Of a stretch of 64,000 nucleotides of DNA, positions 52,701 through 61,108 are shown one piece after another. The DNA lies in NCBI GenBank assembly GCA_041242255.1, contig JBESAV010000001.1, positions 704,001-768,000 of the forward strand, written 5' to 3'. Both the position numbers and the translations under genes were made by a program. This DNA is from Candidatus Altimarinota bacterium. Lineage in GTDB: Bacteria > Patescibacteriota > Gracilibacteria > UBA1369 > GCA-2718715. The notes under the pieces are model-generated. The model was not told the origin of the DNA. It was given only the letters and a program-made list of their open reading frames with translations, and searched no databases. How positions within the stretch are numbered: position 1 is the stretch's first letter; the number at the start of each line of letters is the position of its first letter.

Positions 52701-52925
52701 CAAGAACTAAGAAAAGAAATGAATCTTGAAGTAAATGATCACATACATTTATATCTAGAGTCACAAGAAGAAAAATTAAGCTCAGCTATAACAAAATTAG
52801 CCGATGTAATAAGAGAAGAAACACTAGCAGATGAGCTACAACAATCTGGAGATCTCGAATGGGAATCTTCAAAAGAAGTAGAAATCGAAAACCATAAACT
52901 TCTAATTGGTATTAAAAAATGCTAA
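49770..52925 (+). CDS. ileS: Isoleucine--tRNA ligase, type 2
   Basis: GPPFANGLPHYGH, WTTTPWT, YPHCWR, KLSKS; long C-terminus without a Zn finger. Confidence 0.95.
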   Translation: MFDPVDNKKSLPDLERELVKHWQDKNIFKKSIQKNKDNPKFTFFDGPPFANGLPHYGHLLAMSLKDAVTRYQTMKGKYVPRTNGWDCHGLPVEYEIEKETGITGQKAIKEHGIDKFNQLCRESVFKYTNQWEEMFHRIARWVDEDDSYATLDNNYMESIWWVFKQIWDKGLVYEGYRPMHISPLLETPLSNFEVSLAYKDVTDLSVIAKFKLTKESLQKISIEDKEVYILAWTTTPWTLPGNVALAFGEDIDYVLVKHDETFYILAKELIQANFGEDEVEIVQDINPKDLEDSTYEPLFDYYKQSDLEGKYCTIQIADFVTTDSGTGIVHIATMFGEDDFNLGEEKGLARIQHVGMDGKFFDNIKGYEGKFVKGQDLNIAHELEERGLLFKKENYRHSYPHCWRTDGPLLNYTTKSLFIKVTDVKERLIENNKEINWQPDHIKEGRFGKWLEGARDWSISRNRFWGCPIPVWESTTTGEKICIGSIEELKKLSKGKLPLDKEGNLDLHKPYIDDIVLYSPTDGSEMHRIPDVFDCWFESGSMPYAQLHYPFENKELFENNFPADFIAEGQDQTRGWFYTLHVLSTILFDKPAFKNVICTGMLLAKDGQKLSKSKRNYPEPSVLFEEKGVDALRLFLYQSNVPLAESTRFSDDHVDEIMKKFSLTFWNTYSFFITYANIDNFTKDNVDLSNLNQFHELDRFIISKLNSLIKEVTENMDAYNFPKATRPIIEFMDTLSNWYIRRSRRRFWKTVNDTDKFQAFSTLYYVLENLARLSAPFTPFISESVYQNLTKEESVHLANWPKYDGALIDSDLIQKMDLARSIINSGHALRSQANIKVRQPLSKVEVAIPQKELQEQVEELKEVIKDELNVKNISIIDSAEDFVNKTVKPNAKKLGPTLGHKMKEIINASRNNEFEIKGEQIEIAGETLELEGNFEIQFEAKEGTLAESQNGIATILHTELSEELIQEGIVRDIIRQIQELRKEMNLEVNDHIHLYLESQEEKLSSAITKLADVIREETLADELQQSGDLEWESSKEVEIENHKLLIGIKKC

Positions 52926-53287
52926 CTAAAATACTTTTATCTATTGGCTTCAATGGAATAGTTCTATTTCTAGCTCAATACCTCTTACAAGATTTATCAG
53001 TTACAGGTGGACTCAAGACATATATTTATTTTGGGCTTGCATTTGGAATAGCCAACGGTCTCATAAAACCAATCCTAAAGCTTCTAACAATACCTGTTAA
53101 ATGGGCAACTTTAGGCTTAAGCTTAGTAGCTATAAATATACTTATGTTCATAGCAGTTGATCTAACGCTAGAAGAAATTTTTGGCTCAAACTACAACATC
53201 GTACTCCAAAAAAATCTTGCAACTTACCTCAAAACCGGTATCGTTGTTGGTGTCTTAAATTGGATAAAAAATATAATAATTAAGTAA
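52919..53287 (+). CDS. YvlD/4-TM holin-like membrane protein
   Basis: NGLIKPILKLLTIP...TLGL...INI motif. Confidence 0.75.
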   Translation: MLTKILLSIGFNGIVLFLAQYLLQDLSVTGGLKTYIYFGLAFGIANGLIKPILKLLTIPVKWATLGLSLVAINILMFIAVDLTLEEIFGSNYNIVLQKNLATYLKTGIVVGVLNWIKNIIIK

Positions 53288-53502
53288 TGGCAGAAACTCT
53301 AACTATAGCACAAGTTATCGTAAGTATACTTCTTACTCTTTCTATACTAGCTCAAAACAGAGGAACAGGACTATCAGCAACTTTCGGTGGGACTGGAGAC
53401 TTCTACGTTGAAAAAAGAGGAGCTGAAAAAGTTCTTTACAACTCTAGTATTATACTTGCTGCATTATTCGTAGGAATAGCATTGGCACACATCTTCGTAT
53501 AA
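53287..53502 (+). CDS. secG: Preprotein translocase subunit SecG
   Basis: ILAQNRGTGLSATFGG...RGAEKVL; 2 TMs. Confidence 0.9.
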   Translation: MAETLTIAQVIVSILLTLSILAQNRGTGLSATFGGTGDFYVEKRGAEKVLYNSSIILAALFVGIALAHIFV

Positions 53503-53510
53503 AAAATTCT

Positions 53511-55169
53511 ATGTTTTTAAGAAAAATTTCCCAAATTTTTCAGAACTACAGTAAAAAAGATATACTTATAACAAAAGCACTGACAGCGATTTTACTCCTG
53601 TCAGTTTTTGTTCTAGGAATAGTTACATTGGTTTTTAACTATAAAATAGACAACAAACCAAATGAATACACAGAAGCAATAATCTCAGAATACGAAGGCA
53701 TAAACCCTTTATTCCCTCAAACCAACAAAGCAAATGATGATATATCATATCTAGTTTTTGAAGGTCTTACTCGATACAATCCTGAAACTTTCAACTTCGA
53801 AGACAACCTAGCAACCTACACTATTAACCAAGACTCAACAGTCTTTACTTTTCAACTAAAAGAAAACCTCAAATGGTCGGATGGAACTCCAATCACAATT
53901 GATGATGTAATCTTCACGTACAAGACTATATATCAGAATCAATCCAACCCTAATCAAATAATACGAGACTACTTCAGGGAAATACAAATAAATAACACTG
54001 CAGAGAACGAGGTACAATTTATCTTACCTCAACCCAATAGCTTTTTCCTTGCACAAGCAACCCTACCCATATTACCAAGACACAAACACACAAAAATACA
54101 GGTTGATCAACTAAGCTTAGATTCCTTTGACAAGAAGCAATTAGTTGGAAGCGGTCCTTTTCAAATACAAAAAATTGAAGATCTAAAAAACAATACCGCA
54201 CGGATAGTTTTAAAACCAAACCCATATTGGAGAAAAACACTTCCTGAAATTGAGAAAATCGAATTCTTCATTAATCCAGACATTAACTATCTGTTATCAA
54301 TACAAGAAAATATAAACGCATTTCCAGACCTTGAACCAAAATATGAAGACAACTTAGACCAAAAGCAATTTGAATTTGCTCAATATACTAAATCTCAATA
54401 CACCGCACTTTTCCTAAACACAGAAAATGATATCTTGAGAAAACAACCAATCAGAAACGCTATCCAAGCAGCAACAGATAAATCATCATTGCAACAAAAC
54501 TTTATCAACAAAAAAGTAGTAAGCTTACCTATCTTCCAATTTCAAAACATTACCCAAATTCCAAGTGCAAACCTAGATAATGTAAGACAAACACTTCAAG
54601 ATTTAGGATATGAACTGAACGGAGAAGGATATTATCAAGATGAAAATGAAGTCCTACAATTCAACCTAACCATCCCAGCTTATGAAAACAATCCAGAAAA
54701 AAGCGAGGAGATAGATAAATTAGCAAGATTCTTAAAAACAAACTATCAAAGAGTTGGTATTGGCTTAAACATTCAAGCACTGCCAGATAACCAATTCTCC
54801 CAGACTTTAGCTACCAAAAATTACGATATGATCCTATTAGGTCAAGATTTAGGTAAAGATTTTGACTTATTCCCATACTGGCATTCAAGTCAAGTAGGGG
54901 AGGGTAGGTATAATCTATCCAACTATCAGAATCCTATTACAGATTCTTTACTAGAAAATATTAGAATAGAAAACAACCAAGAAATCCAGAAAGAACTAGT
55001 GTCCGACATTAACTCTCAAATCTACGAAGATACTCCTGCAATATTTCTATATACTGACATTCATACATTTGCATTTGACAATAAGGTCAAAAACCGTAAT
55101 ATTCTCACGAACTATTCCTCCAGCCCACAACGATTTTTCAATATTGAAAACTGGAGTTTAAATAATTAA
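53511..55169 (+). CDS. Peptide ABC transporter substrate-binding protein (family 5)
   Basis: LVFEGL, KWSDGTPITIDDVIFT, VGSGPF, YWHSSQ, PAIFLY. Confidence 0.85.
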   Translation: MFLRKISQIFQNYSKKDILITKALTAILLLSVFVLGIVTLVFNYKIDNKPNEYTEAIISEYEGINPLFPQTNKANDDISYLVFEGLTRYNPETFNFEDNLATYTINQDSTVFTFQLKENLKWSDGTPITIDDVIFTYKTIYQNQSNPNQIIRDYFREIQINNTAENEVQFILPQPNSFFLAQATLPILPRHKHTKIQVDQLSLDSFDKKQLVGSGPFQIQKIEDLKNNTARIVLKPNPYWRKTLPEIEKIEFFINPDINYLLSIQENINAFPDLEPKYEDNLDQKQFEFAQYTKSQYTALFLNTENDILRKQPIRNAIQAATDKSSLQQNFINKKVVSLPIFQFQNITQIPSANLDNVRQTLQDLGYELNGEGYYQDENEVLQFNLTIPAYENNPEKSEEIDKLARFLKTNYQRVGIGLNIQALPDNQFSQTLATKNYDMILLGQDLGKDFDLFPYWHSSQVGEGRYNLSNYQNPITDSLLENIRIENNQEIQKELVSDINSQIYEDTPAIFLYTDIHTFAFDNKVKNRNILTNYSSSPQRFFNIENWSLNN

Positions 55170-55186
55170 AAATTAATACATTAAAA

Positions 55187-55645
55187 ATGATTGTAGAAGT
55201 AGTACTATTACAGGATGTACCTAATCTAGGTGTAAAAGGTCAATCCGTACAAGTTAAAGGTGGTTATTTTAGAAATTTCTTGGCACCAGAAGGATTAGCA
55301 ACATATGCAACTCCAGAACTTACAAAAAAAGCAGAAGAAATTAATGCAAAAATCGCCGAACAAGAAGAAAAACAAAAACAAGACGCTAAGCAGCTTGCTG
55401 TTCAACTACAAGGACAAAAAATCAAAATTACCGAAAAACTTAATAAGAAAGGTAACCTTTACAAACAAGTTAGCCTTGAACAAATCCTTGAAGCTATTAA
55501 ATCAGAACATGATCTTGAAGTACCAACTCAATACCTAAACTTCAAACAAAAGATTAAAGAAGAAGGAACTTACGACATCAATCTTAACCTTGGATTCGAC
55601 CAAACAGCTACAGTTGTATTAACTGTTGAAGGTGAAGATTCTTAG
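55187..55645 (+). CDS. rplI: 50S ribosomal protein L9
   Basis: VVLLQDVPNLG..G..V.VKGGYFRNFLAP.GLA. Confidence 0.92.
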   Translation: MIVEVVLLQDVPNLGVKGQSVQVKGGYFRNFLAPEGLATYATPELTKKAEEINAKIAEQEEKQKQDAKQLAVQLQGQKIKITEKLNKKGNLYKQVSLEQILEAIKSEHDLEVPTQYLNFKQKIKEEGTYDINLNLGFDQTATVVLTVEGEDS

Positions 55646-56045
55646 TTTAGATTACGGACGTAAAAATATTGGAATTAGTATAAGCGATGCCACACACAGC
55701 ATCGCTTTTATTCGTCCAAGTATAATAAATGACCAAAAAGCATTAAGTATTTTACAAAAACTAATCAAAGAAGAGAACATCACAACTATTCTCATTGGAA
55801 AAAATCAAAACAAAAACCCAAACTTTGATCTTAACCAAGAAGGATTAGATTTCCTTTCTCAACTTAACTTAGATAACATAGAAGTTATCACCATCAACGA
55901 AGACTTCTCTACATTTGAAGCCATAAATAAGCTTAAAAAATCAGGATATAAAGATGACAAAATTCAAGACCTAAAAGACTCAGCCTCAGCTCAGATTATC
56001 TTAGAAAAATATCTACAATCAATTGAGCAAAGCTCACAAAACTGA
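55626..56045 (+). CDS. ruvX: YqgF/RuvX putative pre-16S rRNA nuclease
   Basis: LSLDYGRKNIGISISD, NEDFST, DSASAQIILE; start codon uncertain. Confidence 0.85.
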   Translation: MKVKILSLDYGRKNIGISISDATHSIAFIRPSIINDQKALSILQKLIKEENITTILIGKNQNKNPNFDLNQEGLDFLSQLNLDNIEVITINEDFSTFEAINKLKKSGYKDDKIQDLKDSASAQIILEKYLQSIEQSSQN

Positions 56046-56071
56046 TAACATCATCACCTATAATAATTTGG

Positions 56072-56608
56072 ATGATTGATCTTTTTTCCATACAAACAAT
56101 TTTCACCACAACAGTTTTCACAACACTGGTGTGTTTAATACAGTTCATTAAAGCCAAAGACATCTCAGAATGCAAACTAGGCTTCATTCTATCAATAGCC
56201 CTTTTACTATCAGGTATTCTTACCTCAACTTATCATTTTTCATTCATAATTTTCCTCCTAGCGTCTTACTTGATACATAAAAAGCCATCTCAAACTACTG
56301 CTTTTTTCATTACTGTAACAGCTATTTCAACCATAGGAGCAATCCAAACTAACTTTATAAATATTATCCTATTTCAATTTGCACTAACAATTAGTTTCTT
56401 CCTTTTCTACTCAAAAATTATATTTAAAAACTCTCTTAAGGAATTAACAATAAGATTAGATTACCTAGACTATCAAAATCTTAAAAATGAAAATACCCTA
56501 AAGGATAAACTCCAGGCACTTACACCCGGAGTAATTAAAAAATCTAAAATCATCAAGATAGACCAAATAGACGAATCTGTTCACTTTAAAGTATCATATG
56601 AACAATAA
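56072..56608 (+). CDS. DUF4956-like membrane protein (divergent)
   Basis: Multi-TM N-terminal half; C-terminus LKDKLQALTPGVIKKSKIIKIDQIDESVHFKVSY resembles the DUF4956 tail. Confidence 0.45.
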   Translation: MIDLFSIQTIFTTTVFTTLVCLIQFIKAKDISECKLGFILSIALLLSGILTSTYHFSFIIFLLASYLIHKKPSQTTAFFITVTAISTIGAIQTNFINIILFQFALTISFFLFYSKIIFKNSLKELTIRLDYLDYQNLKNENTLKDKLQALTPGVIKKSKIIKIDQIDESVHFKVSYEQ

Positions 56609-57209
56609 GTTTATAGAAAAACCATATCAATTCTTTTTAACTAAAACTAAAAAACCATCTTTTTACCTTGAAGATAGCTACAAGTTAAATTCTAATAAAC
56701 TCCCATTTCTCTTACACAAACTTTCAAAATTCTGTTATTTAATTACAGATAATGACCAAAAAATCTTTGATATTGAAAAAGAATTTTATGACACAGCAGA
56801 AAACAACTATGAAAGACTTATAAGATTAAATCGCCCCAAACAAATACAAGTTTTTATTCAAAAAACTTATCTCAAACAAAAAATCGAAAAAACACTAACC
56901 ATCAGATATAAAAACCACCACAAGCACCAATATTTAAAAATACCAATCTCTACTTACAAAAAAGTAGAAGACTGGCACATCAACAGCCTACTCCAACAAA
57001 AAAATTTAAATTTCCCACTTCTTCGGCAAACTCATGAACAATCCCTATCTAGAATAATCCTCTTACAACCACACTCAAACACTATCATTCACATAGACTT
57101 CGACATAACTCTAAATCAAACAGAAAAACCGTATACAAAAATCACTATTCAAAGCGAGTCTAGAAACAACCAACTTTCTAAACTAATCCAAAAAATCCAC
57201 CAAATATAA
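56598..57209 (+). CDS. Divergent VTC (polyphosphate polymerase/CYTH-like) domain protein
   Basis: FYDT and SRIILL...IHIDFDI resemble the VTC YFDT and R.TL...RLTID motifs; paired with a DUF4956-like gene. Confidence 0.45.
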   Translation: MNNKFIEKPYQFFLTKTKKPSFYLEDSYKLNSNKLPFLLHKLSKFCYLITDNDQKIFDIEKEFYDTAENNYERLIRLNRPKQIQVFIQKTYLKQKIEKTLTIRYKNHHKHQYLKIPISTYKKVEDWHINSLLQQKNLNFPLLRQTHEQSLSRIILLQPHSNTIIHIDFDITLNQTEKPYTKITIQSESRNNQLSKLIQKIHQI

Positions 57210-57211
57210 AA

Positions 57212-57288
57212 TGGTGGCGGGGGAGAGACTTGAACTCTCGACCTCGGGCTTATGAGTCCCGCGCTCTAACCACCTGAGCTACCCAGCC
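57212..57288 (-). tRNA. tRNA with CAT anticodon (probably elongator Met)
   Basis: Reverse complement GGCTGGGTAGCTCAGGTGGTTAGAGCGCGGGACTCATAAGCCCGAGGTCGAGAGTTCAAGTCTCTCCCCCGCCACCA; G1-C72 pair, so not the initiator. Confidence 0.88.
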
Positions 57289-57340
57289 ACTAAAATTTAG
57301 CGTGTCAAAAATACCAAATTTTTACTAAAAATCAACCAAT

Positions 57341-57730
57341 TTAGACATCAATTCTAGTAAAGTACTTCAGCCACTTCTTCCATTGTGGTAAGTTTTTATG
57401 CTCAAACACTTTATCAGGCACTAAGCTTTGTTCACTATCTTCACCTATTTCATTCTTCTCATCCAACAACACTAAGACTTTCTCACCTGGATTTACTTTA
57501 CCTTGATTCTGCTTAGCCATTTTTTCCCTATACTGGGGAGAAGTGTAGTATTCAAAATCTGCTCTCAGCTCTTCATTCTCCTGAACTATTTGCATATTTT
57601 CCGATTCTAACTGAACAATATACCGTTCAATTTGATTACTATTATATTCAGACCTAGCCAATGTAGCAATCATGTATACCGCAATTAAAAACTCTATCCC
57701 CAACAAAATTTTCACATTTTTCTTTATCAT
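57341..57730 (-). CDS. Septum formation initiator (FtsB/DivIC family)
   Basis: TM, coiled coil, YREKMAKQNQGKVNPGEKV. Confidence 0.8.
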   Translation of the reverse strand: MIKKNVKILLGIEFLIAVYMIATLARSEYNSNQIERYIVQLESENMQIVQENEELRADFEYYTSPQYREKMAKQNQGKVNPGEKVLVLLDEKNEIGEDSEQSLVPDKVFEHKNLPQWKKWLKYFTRIDV

Positions 57731-57848
57731 TCGTGAGTTCTTAAAACATCACAACAAATCATAAAAGAGTTATCCAAAAAATACAAAACTATATTCAACT
57801 TGATAAAATACTTCTAATAAGCCAAAATCTTATAAATAAAACATATTA

Positions 57849-59132
57849 ATGAACTGGGAAAACATAAAAAACATATATTTTGTAGGCTTGGGAGGAATCG
57901 GAATATCTGCACTTGCAAATATTCTCTTAGAAAAAGGCTATAACATTAGTGGGTCAGAAATAGTACCTTCAGAAATCACAGAACGACTAGAATCTAAACA
58001 AGTCAAAATCAATACTGATCAAAACAATTCAAACATAACCAAAGAAATAGACTTACTAATATATACAGCAGCAGTTGATATATCCCACCCCGAGCTTCAA
58101 GCAGCTAAGGAACTATCCATTCCAATCATGTCTTACCCGCAAGCCCTTGGGGAATTTTCCAAAAATTACAAACTACTAGCTATTTCCGGTACTCACGGAA
58201 AATCAACCGTCACAGCAATGCTTAGTAAAATTCTTATCGAAACAAACTTTGACCCGAACGTAGTCATTGGAACAAAAACCCAAGAACTAAACGGAACCAA
58301 TTTCAGAGTAGGTAGTTCTGAGTATTTAATCATTGAAGCTTGCGAATATAAAGACTCATTCTTGAATTTCCATCCTGACATTCTAGTAATAAACAACTTA
58401 GAGCCTGACCACTTAGACCATTTCAAAACTGCCGAAAATTACTACAAAACCTTCCAAGACATTACCCAAAACATAAAACCTAATGGAACACTCATTGCTC
58501 CAGAAGATGTCATCCAAAAAATCAAACCCAAAAATGACACAAAAGTTGTATCTTGGAAAGAACCTAAGCTATTTGAACTAAAGATCCCTGGAAAATTCAA
58601 CCAAGAGAACGCTCAGAATGCATTCCTAGCCTCCCAAGCTTTAAATGTAGACCCAGACAAAGCCAAACAAAGCCTAGGCCATTACAACGGGAGCTGGAGG
58701 AGACTTGAGTACAAGCAAACAAAATTTAAAAATACTATATTCATAGACGATTACGCACATCACCCCACAGAAATAAAAGCTACGCTACAAGCACTCCGAA
58801 ACAAATATCCCAACAAAAAATTACTTACCGTATTTCAACCTCATCAATTCAACAGAACTAAACACTTCTTAAAAGGATTTGCAGAATCATTTGCTAATAC
58901 TAACCAAGTTATAATTCCTGACATATACCAAGTAAGAGACACTGCAAAAGATATTCAAGAAGTTAGCGCAAAAATCTTGGTTGATAAAATCAATCATAAC
59001 TCTAAAAACGCACTCCATATAGAGGGGCTTAAAAAGACAGCCGAATACATTAAAGAAAATCATACAAAGTACGATATCATAATAACTATGGGCGCAGGAA
59101 ACATTACAGACATATACGAATACTTTATATAA
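57849..59132 (+). CDS. murC: UDP-N-acetylmuramate--L-alanine ligase
   Basis: GLGGIGISALA, GTHGKST, EACEY, DHLD, DDYAHHPTE, FQPH, MGAG. Confidence 0.94.
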   Translation: MNWENIKNIYFVGLGGIGISALANILLEKGYNISGSEIVPSEITERLESKQVKINTDQNNSNITKEIDLLIYTAAVDISHPELQAAKELSIPIMSYPQALGEFSKNYKLLAISGTHGKSTVTAMLSKILIETNFDPNVVIGTKTQELNGTNFRVGSSEYLIIEACEYKDSFLNFHPDILVINNLEPDHLDHFKTAENYYKTFQDITQNIKPNGTLIAPEDVIQKIKPKNDTKVVSWKEPKLFELKIPGKFNQENAQNAFLASQALNVDPDKAKQSLGHYNGSWRRLEYKQTKFKNTIFIDDYAHHPTEIKATLQALRNKYPNKKLLTVFQPHQFNRTKHFLKGFAESFANTNQVIIPDIYQVRDTAKDIQEVSAKILVDKINHNSKNALHIEGLKKTAEYIKENHTKYDIIITMGAGNITDIYEYFI

Positions 59133-60507
59133 GCCTGTAAGTTGTTCCATCCTTTCCATCCAACACTTGCACCCCAACACTCAGCAACTCATCCCTTAGT
59201 TTATCAGAGAGCTCATAATCTTTAGATTCTCTTGCTTCAACACGTCTATCAAACAATCTTTGCTGCTCTTCATTCAGCTGATCTTTTTCATATCTTATAA
59301 CTTTCAAAACTTGATCCATCTTAAGTAGAGTGTCCCTAAAAATCTCTAACTCTTCATCACTTAAATCTCCAGCATCTAAATCAGCATTAACTTCAGTTAT
59401 AAACTCATTCACCTGCGCCAATGCCTTAGATATATTCATATCATCACTTAAAGCCTCTTTAAATTTATCTATAACCTCTTCATCGTAATCAACAGGCTCA
59501 TCTACATAATTTAAATTCATATCCAAAAATCTATCCCACAAATTCTGTATTCTGAATCTAGATTCAGATGCCTGCTTCAGGTTTTTATCAGTAAAATCTA
59601 ATGGACTTCTATAATGAACAGACATCAGAAAATACCTCAAATCCAATGGATCATACACCTTAACTAAATCAATGACGCTCTTTATATTCCCCAAAGACTT
59701 AGACATTTTATCTCCATCCATATTTAGAAAACCATTATGAACCCAGAAGTTAGCTAGTTTCTTATTATTAACACATTCACTTTGAGCAATCTCACATTCA
59801 TTATGAGGAAACTTTAAATCTAATCCACCAACGTGTATATCAATGCTCTCACCTAGAGTATCTTTAATCATAGCAGAACACTCTATATGCCAACCAGGTC
59901 GACCATCTTTAATCTCTCCATCACTATCAATCCAAAAAGGTTCTCCATCTTTTTTATACTTCCACAAAGCAAAGTCTCTTGGATTTTCCTTACCTTTATT
60001 TTCATCGACTCTTTCACCAATATTCAAAGAATCTAAATCTTGCTTTGAAAGCTTTCCGTATTCAGAAAACTTCTCAACTCTAAAGTAGATTCCATCACTT
60101 TTCACTTCATATGCATATCCATCTTTCAGTAACTTCTTAACCATACTTATAATCGTTTCAATATGCTTTGTAGCCCATGGCCTCTCATCAGGCTCACTAA
60201 TCCTAAGAGATCCAAAACTTCTTTTGGCCACCTCAGACATTTCATTTGCTAATTCACTTACCTCTATATCTCTTTCTTTAGCTTTATTAATCATCTTATC
60301 ATCAATATCTGTAAAATTAGATACTAACTTCACTTCATAACCTAAGAAAACTAACACATCCCTTAAAAAATCAGCAGTTAAAGCAGCACGAGCATTACCT
60401 ATATGAGGTGGACCATATACAGTTGGACCACATGAATAGATTTTCACAATATCACCTATTGCAACAAACTTTTCTTTTTCACCACTTAGAGAATTAAACA
60501 AAAACAT
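59125..60507 (-). CDS. cysS: Cysteine--tRNA ligase
   Basis: CGPTVY, HIGN, GRPGWHIECSAM, KMSKSLGN. Confidence 0.96.
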   Translation of the reverse strand: MFLFNSLSGEKEKFVAIGDIVKIYSCGPTVYGPPHIGNARAALTADFLRDVLVFLGYEVKLVSNFTDIDDKMINKAKERDIEVSELANEMSEVAKRSFGSLRISEPDERPWATKHIETIISMVKKLLKDGYAYEVKSDGIYFRVEKFSEYGKLSKQDLDSLNIGERVDENKGKENPRDFALWKYKKDGEPFWIDSDGEIKDGRPGWHIECSAMIKDTLGESIDIHVGGLDLKFPHNECEIAQSECVNNKKLANFWVHNGFLNMDGDKMSKSLGNIKSVIDLVKVYDPLDLRYFLMSVHYRSPLDFTDKNLKQASESRFRIQNLWDRFLDMNLNYVDEPVDYDEEVIDKFKEALSDDMNISKALAQVNEFITEVNADLDAGDLSDEELEIFRDTLLKMDQVLKVIRYEKDQLNEEQQRLFDRRVEARESKDYELSDKLRDELLSVGVQVLDGKDGTTYRLI

Positions 60508-60508
60508 C

Positions 60509-60796
60509 TTATAAACCAGAAGTTATAGAAATAAAAATTATCATAACCAAACTATAAAGACCTCTCAATAAAAAGAAAGCAATGATTGGGCTAAAATCTA
60601 TCCCACTAATAGGAGGTATAATCTTTTGAACAGGCTTCAAAATAGGATCAGTAACGTCATTTAAAAATTCCGAAACAAAAGTACTTTTATGGGGAAACCA
60701 GCTCAAAATCACCCTAGCCGTTAAAAGAATTACAAGTATTGAGTACAAAACATAAATCAAAGTTCCAATAAAATTTACAATATTCACTTTAAACAT
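60509..60796 (-). CDS. YggT family membrane protein
   Basis: RVILSW, TDPILKP, GIDFSPII. Confidence 0.88.
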   Translation of the reverse strand: MFKVNIVNFIGTLIYVLYSILVILLTARVILSWFPHKSTFVSEFLNDVTDPILKPVQKIIPPISGIDFSPIIAFFLLRGLYSLVMIIFISITSGL

Positions 60797-60846
60797 CTTA
60801 AATTAAACAAATCATATACTATTTACATTTTATTTGAAAATTAATA

Positions 60847-60875
60847 TTGACGGTGAGTCTTCACTCACCTATAGT
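60847..60875 (+). promoter_or_regulatory. sigma70 promoter with a palindromic operator in the spacer
   Basis: TTGACG-17 nt-TATAGT; GGTGAGT-CTTC-ACTCACC (60852-60869) fills the spacer. Confidence 0.6.
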
Positions 60876-60898
60876 GATTTTAGATTTAACAAACAAAT

Positions 60899-61108
60899 AT
60901 GAAAAATTTCATCATTCGAATAACCCGCAAACAACAACCTTTAAACAATATACCAGGTATGGGTAGATTCACAGTGGCAGCTCTTAAAAGATACGGAATA
61001 GAAACAGTAGAGCAGTTCAGCATTTTCACAGAAGAAGAAGTCGTAACACTACTTGGTAAAAGTGGAGCTAAACTTCTCAAAAACGCAAAAGCATTATCAT
61101 ACGCCTAA
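60899..61108 (+). CDS. Small helix-hairpin-helix protein resembling the Y-family polymerase (DinB) thumb
   Basis: PLNNIPGMGRFTVAALKRYGIETVEQF...LLGKSGAKL. Confidence 0.65.
   Translation: MKNFIIRITRKQQPLNNIPGMGRFTVAALKRYGIETVEQFSIFTEEEVVTLLGKSGAKLLKNAKALSYA

Noticed and set aside
52919-53287. Holin-like gene as a prophage marker
   Set aside because: YvlD-type housekeeping membrane protein between ileS and secG; no integrase, capsid or lysin genes nearby.
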